Of a stretch of DNA of 64,000 nt, positions 39,844-52,700 are shown in pieces. The stretch covers positions 8,370,001 to 8,434,000 of the forward strand of contig CP075492.1 of the NCBI GenBank assembly GCA_021613535.1, read 5' to 3'. The first letter of the stretch is position 1. Each line of letters starts with the position of its first letter. Both the position numbers and the translations under genes were made by a program. The notes under the pieces were generated by a model. That model did no database searches, was not told the origin of the DNA, and worked only from the letters and a program-made list of their open reading frames with translations. This DNA comes from Adineta vaga (Eukaryota > Animalia > Rotifera).

Positions 39844-41622
39844 TTAAGCTTTAACAGCTTTGATCGTTGTTGTTCCTGGACGTTTAACAAACATGCGACG
39901 ATCATAATGAGCCCAGACCGTTCTAAGATAGAAAAATTTTATTTCAAATAAATAACATTTCAATTTTCCAATTAAATAATCTTACCGATAAAGAAAACCA
40001 GCAACAATTGCACCAACGATTGGACCAATCCAATAAACAAAATGATTTTCCCATTGATTAGCAAAAATAGCTGGACCAAGTGAACGAGCCGGATTGAGTG
40101 AACCACCGGTATAGGCACCACTAAAATAAATTTCAATATTCTTTTTCTTTTTATTCTCAGTTTCTTTGCACTTACACAGCAAGAATATTAACAGCTAATG
40201 TAAATCCAATAAGAATTGGAGCAAGACCTGTTTTCGATTTTGTATCAAGTGCAACCATAAGGATAACAGTAACAAGAACAAATGTTACAATAAATTCAGT
40301 GGCAATACCCTGTAATATGAGACGAAATTTATATCTTTCTATTACATTTCAATGATGTTATAAAATACATACTTGCCAGATTCCAACCGAATCAAAGGTA
40401 TAAACTGGATACACGACCAGCTGTTTCATTATTAATAGTGTATTTAGCTAATAATGTAGCTCCACCTTTACATAGATTATAGCTATATCCTGCAAGTAAT
40501 AAACGTAAAAGACCACCAGCAGCAATACCTGAAAATGATTGAATACGATGGTTATTTTATTTTTTTGAATCATTTCTTTTAGACCTACCTCCTAAAAGTT
40601 GCATGATAACATAGAGAACAGCCATAACTGCTTGCATTTCACCTGCAATTAAAACGCCAAGTGTAACAGCTGGATTGAAATGAACGCCTGAAATATGTCC
40701 GAAACTAGCAGCGAGAACCATCAAAGCAAGACCGAATGATAATGCTGCAGCAATAACACCACCACTTGAGCAGGCACCCCATATACCAATAAGAACAAAT
40801 AAAGTTGTTCCAATCTTAATGAAAATAAAAGTATTAACAAATTTTATTAGTCTGAAATAAGCGATGTATCGATTAATAGACTTACAAGTTCAACCAATAA
40901 TGGTCGAATAACTTGAATAAATTTGTTTTTGTCTTCGGGTACAACATCAACATTCCTAGAAAGAAGAAATCAGACATGTTTTGGTATCGAATTCTTTATA
41001 CTAAAAGCATAATCTGATATCTAATGTGTTGATCGCAACAATGCGCTCAATGTTTGCCTTATGTTTTTCTCGTACATTAATTCCGGTTCATAACCGTTTG
41101 ATACGTATTTGATTGATGACATCGTGGAACGTTAAAGGATATGCGATGAAGACTGAAATGAACGATTTATCTCTCTGTCTATCTGTCTATATATATATAT
41201 ATGGGGTGAGCCTATGGAAGGAAGTCTGATATCTTATCAAAAAACAAAGGCATGCGATTGTTTGTCTAGATGTGTTTTGTTTTATCATCTTACAATTACA
41301 TGTGAAATTTTTCACTTTTATATACATATTTGATTTCCTTGTCTATATCCGATATGCAAATCAAAAAATTAATATCATAGTGTTAATTAGAAGAATTTAT
41401 CTATAAGAGAATAGCGGGTGATCAGAGAGAGAAAACGAATATAAAGATTGCGGGGGCGTCATTCGGATGGAATATACATATGGTGCTCACTTACTTTCCA
41501 ACAACAGTCGTATGAGTATCAACTGGTACTGTTGATGCAGCAACCGGATTTGAATGAATAACTTCTTCGGATGAAGCTAAGATTGGTTGACGTTCACTAA
41601 GTTGAAGTTCGGTAGAAGCCAT
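39844..41622 (-). CDS. Aquaporin, AQP8/TIP-like
   Basis: Two NPA boxes ([13 protein letters not shown] and [15 protein letters not shown]), [15 protein letters not shown]. Multi-exon, starting at MASTELQ. Confidence 0.93.
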
Positions 41623-44486
41623 GGGTTTCTTTCTTTTAAATTTATGTTAAAGGAAAAAAGCGTCTTGTCTACAGACAAAAAGAAGATGAGAAAGAGAGAG
41701 AAAATGCTGTATATATGTCCGCTTTGCGGTTGGTAATAGTTAGTAAAAAAAAAAGGAGAAAGAAGCAAAAGTCGACGCTGATGACGGCGACCAAAAGATA
41801 TATTAAGAAATGAAGGAGAGAACACGCGATGAAAATTTCTCCGGACAACTACTTTCTTTTGTCTTTCATTGACTAGAGTAACCACTATATGTGGTATGTG
41901 GTAGAGAGAAGATAGGAAGAAGAGAGACAGAGAAAGAGAGAAAGAGAAAAAAACGGGAAAGAAACGAACAAACAGCAAAGAGAAAGGATAATTAGCGGGC
42001 ACATCTAAAAAAAGACGAGAGAGAAAAAGAAACAGAAAGAGAGGTGAACTCGGTTTGGACGACACTCCAATCAGGAATTAGTGCGATGGGGCTCATTACA
42101 ACAGGTTTTCATCTTCTTCCTATTCTCTCTCTCTCTCTTTCTCATTTTTCTTATTCTCGCGCGCTTCCGCCTCATCGCTCCTGTTTGTATGCAGACTTAC
42201 ACGTTCGGTCAAGATAATAACGATGATGATGATGATGATGATGATGAAAAAAAGAAAGAAAGTATAGTGTGTTGAAGACACAACTGCAGCTAACTTTAAA
42301 ATAAATGTAACTATAACAACTGTTTAGAGTGCTCCTAGTTTTTTTTTGTTTCTGTAATAGAAAAAAAACGTACCTAATGCTCTGTCAAACTAGAGGAAAT
42401 GGCGATTGTCAAAAATTGTTAATAGTTACATTGATCGACATATTTGGCATTTAGCCAATATGTTTAAATGAATGATAGACAATATACAAATGGATAGACG
42501 AACAAACAAAAAACCAATATTAAGAAACTCTCGCTTTAAATGAAACATCTGCATAGTAATTATGCGAGGAATTTTAATAAAGAAAACAGAGTATTTAGAT
42601 ATAGTAACAATCGATCAATTGATTGTCCAACAGACCGGATAATGGTTATTATCATCATCTCTTCATATTTTTTCTACTTATCCCCTTTGAACATATTAAA
42701 CATGCTCATCTAGACGCTCTTCGTTATTCATTGAGGTCAACATCTAGCTCGTCTTTCTTTTTTTCCTTTTTTTTGCTCAAGCACATACAGACAAATATTG
42801 ACATTGTCGTTTTTGCTTTATATCGATTGTGATTATCACGAATAAAGCATGACCGTTGGCAGTATCAGTATTAATTGCTACTGCACATAAACTAAACTGA
42901 TAGTTAAATTGATATAAACGTTCTTTATCAATGTTTCCTGTTGTGAACTAATCATTCATGGTTGTTTCTTAATAATCAGTAATCGTTTCTTTTCTTTCCA
43001 TCTGTGCAAGAAATTCGCAACACGAACATATCTCTTTGTATAGCTTACAATAGACTTTATCAAAATATAGAATATGATCGATGGTATTACTATATATATA
43101 TATACTGTGGTTTAGCGCTATGTCATCCATCTGTCAATTTTTTCTTTGATAATGCCTCAATGGTATGATATATTCTAAGAATAACTAATCGGAAAAAAAT
43201 GCAGAGAAAAGAACAACAACAACTTTACCACCCACTGATATTGCATTTTTATATCTCTAAGGGGAATCTCATCTAATGATGATGATCATGCCTTTTCGTT
43301 TTGTTTTGTTTTGTTTACGTCGTGCTCTTATATAAATCATCAAAGGAGAGCGATAACCTTCTCTAACAGGTTTTCTCTTATGTACATATTGAAGACAAAG
43401 AGAGAGAGAGAGAGAGAGAAAATCAACTCATGTAAATTAACTTACTTGGTAGTATTTGTTTTTTTAATGAATGCAATTTCATCAGGCGACGTTGCCAAAA
43501 GATCTTTACGGTCGCTCATTTCGCGTTCCATTTATTTGGACAATAGAATGATCTGTCAAGTAAAATAAATAAGATGAAATTGAGAGAAATGAGACGATGA
43601 TGAAAGACGAGCTGTTTGTATCTCTTAAGTGGCTAGAAAACAACAGCTGGCATTGATGAGAAAAAAAACGAAGGAAGAAAGTGATGTCGTCTGTTGATCA
43701 AGGACTATCAAATTTAAGGATCACTTAGATGATGCCGGTTAAATGTAAATGAAGAAGATCTATTATTACTTACTTAATTATCTGATATTAATCTTCGTCT
43801 ATATATGTATATATTCTAAAATGAAATAGACAAGAAAATGACAATATAAAGAGACATATCTACACACACACACACGTTGATTAAATCAAACTACTGTCTT
43901 GCTTGTCTCTCGTCTTTTAAATGAACAGAGACATATGTATAGATCCTCGTGGATGTCGTTAATCAGTGAACAAAAAAAGAGCATTCATTTTTCTCTCATT
44001 TTCCGTTTATCCAATCAGTGAACAATTGTATTTGATATGATATGTATGTATGTTCATGTATAAAAGGGCACAAAGGAAACGAGGTCGATAACTAAACAAA
44101 CACATTTTCGTTGAAAAATAACGTTCAGATATACATGTGCGTGCATGCTTGTCGACGCCTTTAGTCTATCTACTACTGTTGACCTTCTCGTTTCTCCTTC
44201 GAGGCTAATACAAACGAAAGAAAGAAAAAGGAAATTGCTTTTGGATATGTACATATACACATCTGAATGTATGTTCGTTCAATGGCATATATATATATAT
44301 ATTGTTTGAAATATAAAAAGAAAACGAGTGAATTGACCAGATGTTGATTAATCACATATTCATTGAAAAGCAATGAGTCATAAGATTAAGGTACTTTCAT
44401 CAAAAATAAATATAAAGGTAAAAAAGTTCTGCATGATTGATTGTATATAAAATAGATGAGAAAAAAACATTCATGTGCATATTAGA

Positions 44487-45269
44487 ATGTTTTTTGCAAC
44501 AATCATTATTGGATTTTGTTTATTAATAACAATTGCTTGTCAAAGCAATAGTTATGATACATCATGCATATGTACACAAGCTTCGTCGAATGGAACATTT
44601 TGTTGGGCATGGAAATGTCGAACAGATCAAGTGACCAAATGTTTTCCTAATGATGCAACAGTTGAACTTATTGAGACACGTCAACGTATACCGATGAAAA
44701 ATTTAAATATAGGAGATCAAATACTTGTTGATATTGATCAGAATGGGCAACGTATCTATGAATCTATTTATGCTTTTATTCATGCAAGTGAAAATGGAAT
44801 ATATGATTATTTGAAAATAACTGTAGATAAGAATCTTGAACAACCATTGATTATTTCGAGTAATCATTTGATTTTTCGTTTTAATCAAACAAAACCATGT
44901 TTTGCTGGACATTTGGAAGTTGGTGATCAATTACAAATCATTTCAAAAGATAGTACATATCAAGCAGGGACTATTATAGATATCAGATTAATTAAAAGTC
45001 AAGGTTTCTATGCACCACTGACACGCAGTGGGAAATTATTTGTCGATGGTATTTTGGTTTCAAATTATGCACTTGTGGCTAATCATCAACTCGCTCATCT
45101 AGTTATACAACCATATCGATGGGGTATTCAACTTTTAGGATCATCATCATCGTATTCTGAACATATTCATTGGTATTGTCAAATTCTATATAACATGGTT
45201 GAAAAAATAAATAAATGGTTATTTTCAGTTGATCTTTATGATGGATATGTAACAGTTTCATACTTATAA
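44487..45269 (+). CDS. Secreted Hint/Hog-domain (hedgehog-related) autoprocessing precursor with a very short Cys-rich N-terminal peptide
   Basis: Intronless. Hydrophobic signal peptide, K|CFP start of Hint at 44640, LNIGDQIL, ISSNHLIF (TxxH-like), FAGHLEVGD, GFYAPLT..G..VDGILVSNYA, and sterol-recognition region HQLAH..PYR..HIHWY..L. TATATAAAA at ~44444. Confidence 0.9.
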   Translation: MFFATIIIGFCLLITIACQSNSYDTSCICTQASSNGTFCWAWKCRTDQVTKCFPNDATVELIETRQRIPMKNLNIGDQILVDIDQNGQRIYESIYAFIHASENGIYDYLKITVDKNLEQPLIISSNHLIFRFNQTKPCFAGHLEVGDQLQIISKDSTYQAGTIIDIRLIKSQGFYAPLTRSGKLFVDGILVSNYALVANHQLAHLVIQPYRWGIQLLGSSSSYSEHIHWYCQILYNMVEKINKWLFSVDLYDGYVTVSYL

Positions 45270-46246
45270 ACATTAATTTTCCACATATAACAGAAACTAT
45301 AGCACGCAGCCATACTTTTTTTTCTCTTCTATAAATAAATATTCCAATAAAAATCATCTTCGAATTTTTCGTACATTTATTTCAATATTATGATATGAAC
45401 GAATCGCTTATCTGATAGATGACGATTGTTTGATATGTGCATAGCAGAAGAGATCATTCGATAAAATCTGAATGTATTATTTGCTCCTCTATATCGTTGT
45501 TTTTTCTCTCCATTGACTTTCGGTATTTTTCACGGTCTAATTTTCATACGCCTTCCTTTCCGCACGGTTTACTCATTTTTATTTATGTTGTCATTTCTCG
45601 CTATGCAGATTCTTTCTTCCATTTGTTTGTACGATGAATATAATCATATTACTAGAATGTCTGAATGATATCTGGAATGATAACGGCTCTATACATTATT
45701 TGAATCAAAACGAAGCTTTTGCACATCAATAGATTTCTGATTCAGAAAGAATACCATATTTATCAATAATGAACAAACTCCTTAATTCACACATGAATTT
45801 CAAAATCGTTAGAATAATTTCATCAGTCTTTTTTGTGCATGTAATAAACATACTAAACTATCGTTTATGCAATTTCACTATTCCAACAGGATCGAATTTA
45901 TCGTTATATATATTGATACCAAAGTGTAACTAGTATTTGATCGATATAGGAAATCTTACATTCTTTGCATATGAACAAGATTTCATACTTTCTTAACAAC
46001 TCACTGTTTCATTTACATACGTTGCAATGATAGAAGATCTTTTTTTTGCTGTGACTATAACTAAAGATTGTATTACAAAAAATAAGGCTATTTTCTTAAG
46101 CGACATCTCCATGTTCATTCATCCATTGGTTACCATCATCAGTCAAGTAAACGGACGTATAGATATATATATTGATTCAACTCAAATCTACTTCTTTCTT
46201 GTATCAGCATAGTTCTCGGATTTCATCTTAGCTCAAATTGATATTG

Positions 46247-47379
46247 ATGTCAACAGAACATGAGCACACAGGTGTTTCAGCCAGTGATAACACAAATGCT
46301 GCTACTACTTATCACACAACTCATGGTAAATTATTTAAAAAAAGCGCTCGATTTCGGTTTTGTTTCCAACTAGTCATTTAGATATTGATCTCGATCTGCA
46401 AACGCAACAACAAAGTCAAATAGAAAATGAAGTATTAGAATGCTTTCTTTATTGTATGTCCAATAAATTTTTTTCTCACAGGTTGCCTTGAATCAACCGT
46501 TGATCAGTGAGAAAATTCCCTCAATACAATTACAAAATGAATATGCATCCGATGATAAAATTTATCAAGATAAAGTATCGGTAAGGATTCTTCTTGAATT
46601 TATAACCGATCAATTTGTTTCTTCACGTTCATAGGAATTAATTAAACGATATAAATATATTCGACGTACTCGTCGTGATGGTAATTGCTTTTATCGTGCA
46701 TTTGCATTTGGTTTTCTTGAAAAAAACCTAAACAATCAAAGTGAACTAGAACGATTTCGTCAATTAACCAATGATCTTAAAGATCAATTAGTAAAATTAG
46801 GATATTTAGAATTTACAGTTGAAGACGTTCGAGATATTGTTCTTGAAATTATTGATAATGTACGAAAGGAAGGAAGCGAAAGAAATCTCATAGAAAGTCT
46901 TTCATCATCAAATTATTCAGATTATTTTGTTGCATATTTACGGTAAATAAGAATATCTAGATGATTTTCAAACGATTATTCTCATATCTATTTCAAATAA
47001 TAGATTATTTACGTCTGCTTATTTACAAATGAATCGTGAATTCTTTGAGAATTTTATCGAAGATGGCAAAAATGTCAAACAATTTTGTAGTACTGTAAGT
47101 TTGCATTGTTCTTCGTCTATTATCAATCGAGACTTTTATTTTTTGTTTGTATTAAAGGAAGTAGAACCTATGGCACGTGAATCTGACAATATTCATATCA
47201 TAGCTTTAACTAAAGCAGCCCTTGTTCCTCTACGAGTGATCTATATGGATCGAAGTGAACAATCAACATTAACTACACATGATTTCGCAGCTCATGATGA
47301 TGAATCGAATGAAACATTCCAACCAATGATTACAATGCTGTATCGACCGGGACATTATGATCTTCTCTATGAAGACTAA
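46247..47379 (+). CDS. OTUB1: Otubain deubiquitinase
   Basis: YIRRTRRDGNCFYRAFAF, SDYFVAYLR|LFTS, EVEPMARESDNIHIIAL, MLYRPGHYDLLY. Confidence 0.93.
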
Positions 47380-48026
47380 TGAGCAATTATTGTCGAGTTA
47401 ATAGACACTCCGGTGATTTATTTGTGAATCTATATTGTTTTTTTCTTCTCTTTGTTCTCTCTTACATATGATGGAAAATTCATTTCAATAAACAAGAATT
47501 CTTTCTTTCTACTAAAATTCATTTTCATTAGAAAGAAAAGTCAGGAATGTATGAAACCAAATCGTACCTCTATATATCAGTAATAGAATATCTATATGTA
47601 TAAATGAGTCGTTCAAGCGTAACTATAAGATACGATGAAAAAAAAAGTAGAAATACGAACGAGAGAAGAGAACAAACTTTTTTCATCCTATCTGTGCATG
47701 TAAAATAAATGATTGGAAAAAAAAACAATTTCACTTCAAAGTCATGACTGTTCGTATAGAACGAACTAATGTATACTGATGGGCAAAGAAAAACATAATA
47801 TTGTTTTGATTTATACAATCGAAAGCGAGAAAAAAAGTAATGATGAAAAGGAAGAAAAACGATTGACGGTTACACATCACTGCTTCTACTAATAGAGAAA
47901 CAAAGAAGAAGAGAGAAAGAGTAAAAAGAAAACGATGTGATTCTATATTTTATATAAGTATATCATCATATTACATTCAATATCCAAACACGATCAGTCC
48001 TATCTGTTTGCTACAAAACATAAAAC

Positions 48027-49098
48027 ATGATGAGATTATTGATGACAATTTTTGTAGCAATTTTGCCCTTGTTGATACTCGGTGCGACTAGTGAACGAGA
48101 CTTGAAGAAACGTGATGTTATTGAAGTTCATATCCAGTCAGTAAAAACGAACGACGTACTCAAATGGCTCTGTGAAGATAGTCCATTTGCTTCTATTCTT
48201 TCCTTCTGTCAATCATCGGCAACAACGACGACCAGTACTTCATCAACATCAACAAAATCTGGTACTTCGACACGCGTCGATCAATCTATTGCAACATCAA
48301 CATCAACTACAGAATCTCCATCAGCTCTTGAACGTGCACATTGGTGTCGTTTCTCCAATGGTACATATATTTCACGTGGTTATACATTTATGCATACATC
48401 TTGCGACTTATGTCAATGTACACAATCACGTCTTATTCGTTGTACTACACTCCAATGTATGCCAACATATTGTATTGATAATACTGTTCCAAGCCGTAAA
48501 TCAGGTCAATGTTGTACACAATGTGCATATGAAGCCAATTCAACACAATGTGTTCAAAGTGGCATCACTTTCCCACATGGTTAGTTCGAATATTCTTTCA
48601 TATAATTTGCATCGATTAATGATATTTGATTATATGTTTCTAGGAACAATTATCAAAAGTACATCCAATAAAATTCAATGCTGGTGTCAATTGGGAACAA
48701 TTGAATGCCGTAAAATTGGTATTTCTATCTTCTCTGGTTTAGATCTTTGGGGTGAAGGTACAGCAGTCTATGTTCTCGTTATTGTCTTATGTGTAATGTT
48801 GATTTTTGGCACATTACTTTGTGGTGGATGTTCACTACTCTATTATTATTATTACTATTATTATAATCAACAATCAGCTGAACAAGCTTATTGGGAAAAT
48901 GCTGGATGGCAACCAATGGGCGAAGAAGAACAAGTTGCTGATGCTGATGGTGAAAAGAAACAAGCTGAAGCTGAACAAAGTCAACATGAACAAAGTTATC
49001 CAACTGGCTTTTCAGAAGAATATGTTCCACCACCATATGCACTCTATAATGGTACTTATGATAATGAACAAGCACATAAAGAACAAAAACATATTTAA
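48027..49098 (+). CDS. Type I membrane protein with VWC-like Cys-rich ectodomain and cytoplasmic PPPY motif
   Basis: Signal peptide, LKKR, S/T-rich segment, CDLCQC..C....C..GQCCTQC. Intron 48580-48643, then CWC....EC, a TM helix, a Tyr run and EYVPPPY. Confidence 0.8.
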
Positions 49099-49784
49099 AG
49101 AAAATTTCATCTCATCTTCCAATTGAACAAGACAATCAATTAAAATAACAAAACAACAAAAGAAATACAAAAAAAAATAAACTTTATTTTTCTTTTCAGT
49201 TATCTTTTTCCTTTTTCTTTCCATCAAAGCATTTTTATAATCTGTGATAAGGATTAAAATCTCTGTATATAGTTAGAAACCTATTTATATTTCTACGTAA
49301 GTATTTTTCTACGTAATAACCCATTTTCAACAGTTCATACTAACATTTTAAGAAGAAATAAAACGCTAGAAAACTCATTTCGGATGACTGAAATCGAATA
49401 ATTATAGAAAAGCAATATACATATGAGAAAATATCTGCGTATAAGTATATTACAGTTAAACATATTCAAACTAGTGTTTAAATATTCATATTAAAATGAA
49501 AAGAATAGAAACTATTGAAGAATCAATAGCGATCATAAATAATTATTTTCCATCATTCTCTTTTGAACTAGGCGCATAGGACGAACTACGTTTGTATGTA
49601 ATGTACTTGATGAAGTTAAACTTGAATTTATTATTTAGATGGAGAGTTTTAAACAGAGCGGCGGCATCTATTGTTCGTTCTGCAGAATTTGTGAAGAGGC
49701 AACTACTAGACAACAGAACAGTACGAAATGGAACAATTATGGTTTAGTTGACGTGCACGTTTAATCATTAATATTGACAAAACG

Positions 49785-52700
49785 ATGTCGAACCTTCGAA
49801 GTACTGGTCATATGCCATTGAAAACGTCCATGACGAATAAATGGAAATCTCAGTAAACAAGTTCATTCACATCTTCTTTTCTTTCTAAACATTATATTTC
49901 TTCAGGGCACCAACGAGCGAATTACTCGAACGACAAACTCGAGCATTAGAAGATAGTCTTAATAAACTTAAACTTGCCATGCATCCTGACAAAACTAAAG
50001 CAACGTATAATATATTGTTATTTATGAAAACTTATCGATTCGATCTGCCTTTATTTCTAGTACTGAAACAAATGGTCCTATTTGGGATAAAGGAAAAAGT
50101 GGACCATTATCACAGTATGCAAATCATGTTTTACGTGATGATCCACGACGACCATTTGATGTAAGTAATTTCTAATTCAAAATTTAATTAAGAAATGATG
50201 ATTTTAGGCAAATAAACCAACAAAAATTCGTGTTCTGACTGATGAACCACCAGGTATAGTAATTGTGATTCGATTGAAATAAATTAATATCAGTAATTTC
50301 TTAGCTCCAGTCAATCGACCGTCTGTTGTGGCAAATTTATTTTCCACTAAATCCAATACCAGTAATAAAAGTCTTAGATGTGGTCAATGCGAAAAGGATG
50401 AAGCAAAAATGGTAAGAAAATTTTGTTAATTTGCTGGAGAAATAATTTGTTTGTTGTTTAGAAATGTTTGGAATGTGCTGAATCATATTGTACGACTTGT
50501 TTTGCACATTTTCATCTTCGTGGCGCTTTACAACGACATCGCTGCATTCCGTTAAGCGAAAGTCGACCCTCAACACCTCAAAAGAAGAAAACAACGTAAG
50601 ATTTCTTCATCAAGGAAAACATTTATACATTAAAAATAATATTTTTCTTTTCTTATAGTGTTGGTGCTGATGTCATTTTTAAAGAACTACGAGTCGCTCA
50701 ATCAAAAGATGATTTCCTTCGAAAATCGACAATGGGTACAGAAGTATATGATTATAACGATGAAGCTGATGATATTGATTATGAGGATATTAATGAAGAA
50801 AATGGTGGACAATTGCTTAACGGAAATTATGATGAGAAGACAAGTGCAGCATCATTTCAACAAGCGCTTATGCAATGGCGACAACAAGACAATGGTAATA
50901 AAAAGAGTAAAAAGACAAATCAGTCGAAAAAGAAGAAATCTACTCATGAAGCAGCTGTTGATACAGTCTATGATACAAATGGTGAAATCAATTCCAAAGC
51001 AGTGCCAAATATTGAATTTCATTCGTCAAAATTAACTTATGCAGAAAAATTATTAGTTAAAAAGTATCGACGTTCAAATAGAAATAATCAAGAATTTTTT
51101 AATCAAAGAACCAACAAGCCAAAGCTAACACCAAGGGATAAGTCGAAGAAACCAGAGCAAATTCAAGTAGATTATTCCTTACCTGAAATAATTAATTTAA
51201 ATAATGCAAATATTGAAATTGAGGTAAATTCGAATCTATAGATTGAATTTTAGAGAAAACATTTCCATTCTCTTGTTTAGCCAATGTATGATGAGTTATC
51301 AACAATGCGAACAGATGAAAGGTAATAAAAAGAATATCAGTTTTCATTTGAATAATAAATCACGCATGCATAAGCATATTACAAGACAATAGTTTGAAAC
51401 ATACGTAACTAGATTTGCTTTTATTTTCAGCGCACGAACAATAACGACCGAAAATACTCGTAATAATCATTATTTTGAACAAGATGGTGATGATGAAGAA
51501 GAAGAACTTGTACGATTAAAACAAGAACGACCAAAAAGTCGTACATCAACTAAACCAATATCACGTCCAAATAGTTCTGCAATGAGAAAAAATTCAACAG
51601 CATCAAGACCGAGTTCAGTAGCACTTTATCAACATCCTTTGTATGTTCATTTTCTCTAATAATCTATTGGTAAAGATTGATAAGAACTTTTCAGACCTTC
51701 ATTATTAACAACCAATCCAAGTGATGAATTTAAATCTGTTGTAGATGGTCAATCACGACCATCATCAGCTGCTTTGAAGAAACCTACAAAACTTGATTAT
51801 CGACGTATGTTTTTCGTTGAATTTTTCCTATGAAATAACCTGTTTTATTATAGTTCCATCCTTATGGAATCGAAATTGGAAACCTGAACAAAGTATGTCA
51901 GATGGAGTGAACATGAATCTGATTAAAATTGATCAAGAAGCTGTCACTCAATTTGATTTAGCATTAGATGATTTACTTGATGAAACTAAAATTGAAAATG
52001 CTAGTCGATCAGATAATCCACCTCCAACAAGCCGACCATCGACAGCCAAACAAGCAGCATCACCATTACCACCACCACCACCACCACTACCACCACTCCC
52101 ACTACCATCGGCACCACTACCATCACCAAGTTCTATTAGTGCTCGTTCAGGGAAAGAAAAAATTGTAGATTCAGCAACACCGACACCACGCCAAAGTTCG
52201 CTTTTTAATCTATCCAATTCGCCTCGTAAAGTGGATTCGTCGTCATCCATTGATGCAGGTGATGGTGGTTTTTTTACTGATGTTCATCCTCCACGAAAAG
52301 TTGTTAAATCACCAGCTCCACCGTCGATCATAGAACGTTCACTAGCCAATGAATTGAAACACTCATTTACCAATCGTTCCGTTCGTTCATCAGCGGAACA
52401 CCGTCCAGTTATTCCAAATTTAATGTCATTACGTAAAACTTCTATTGAAACTTTATCGCCTCCACCTCCGAAACGTTCGATTACTCTCGAAGAAACTCAT
52501 AATCAATTCGATGATTTAAGTCGACCAGGATCATCCGTTTCTTCTGCTTCACTTCCCGTTTCTATTATATCATCTAAAGCTGATCTGATTACACGACCAT
52601 TAGTAGAACGATATCCAAAAGCCAATAATCCTCAACCAGCTCCACAAACAACCAAAAAATTTCGTGTTGAATTTCCGAAAAAATCTGCTCCACCAATTGT

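Noticed and set aside
45600-46200. Minus-strand fragments (HCNVCK*..ICKECK, DKYGILSESEIY*) and several donor-like GTATGT/GTAAGA sites
   Set aside because: Many stops and no consistent frame or gene model. The resemblance to known proteins is too short to support.
48172-48643. 5' half of the 308-aa ORF overlapping the VWC gene in another frame
   Set aside because: It is a shadow of CA-rich codon usage plus a read-through intron. Only the part after the acceptor at 48643 fits the spliced gene.
51948-52250. Antisense Gly/Ser-rich ORF within ZBBX
   Set aside because: Mirror image of the poly-Pro coding tract on the + strand.
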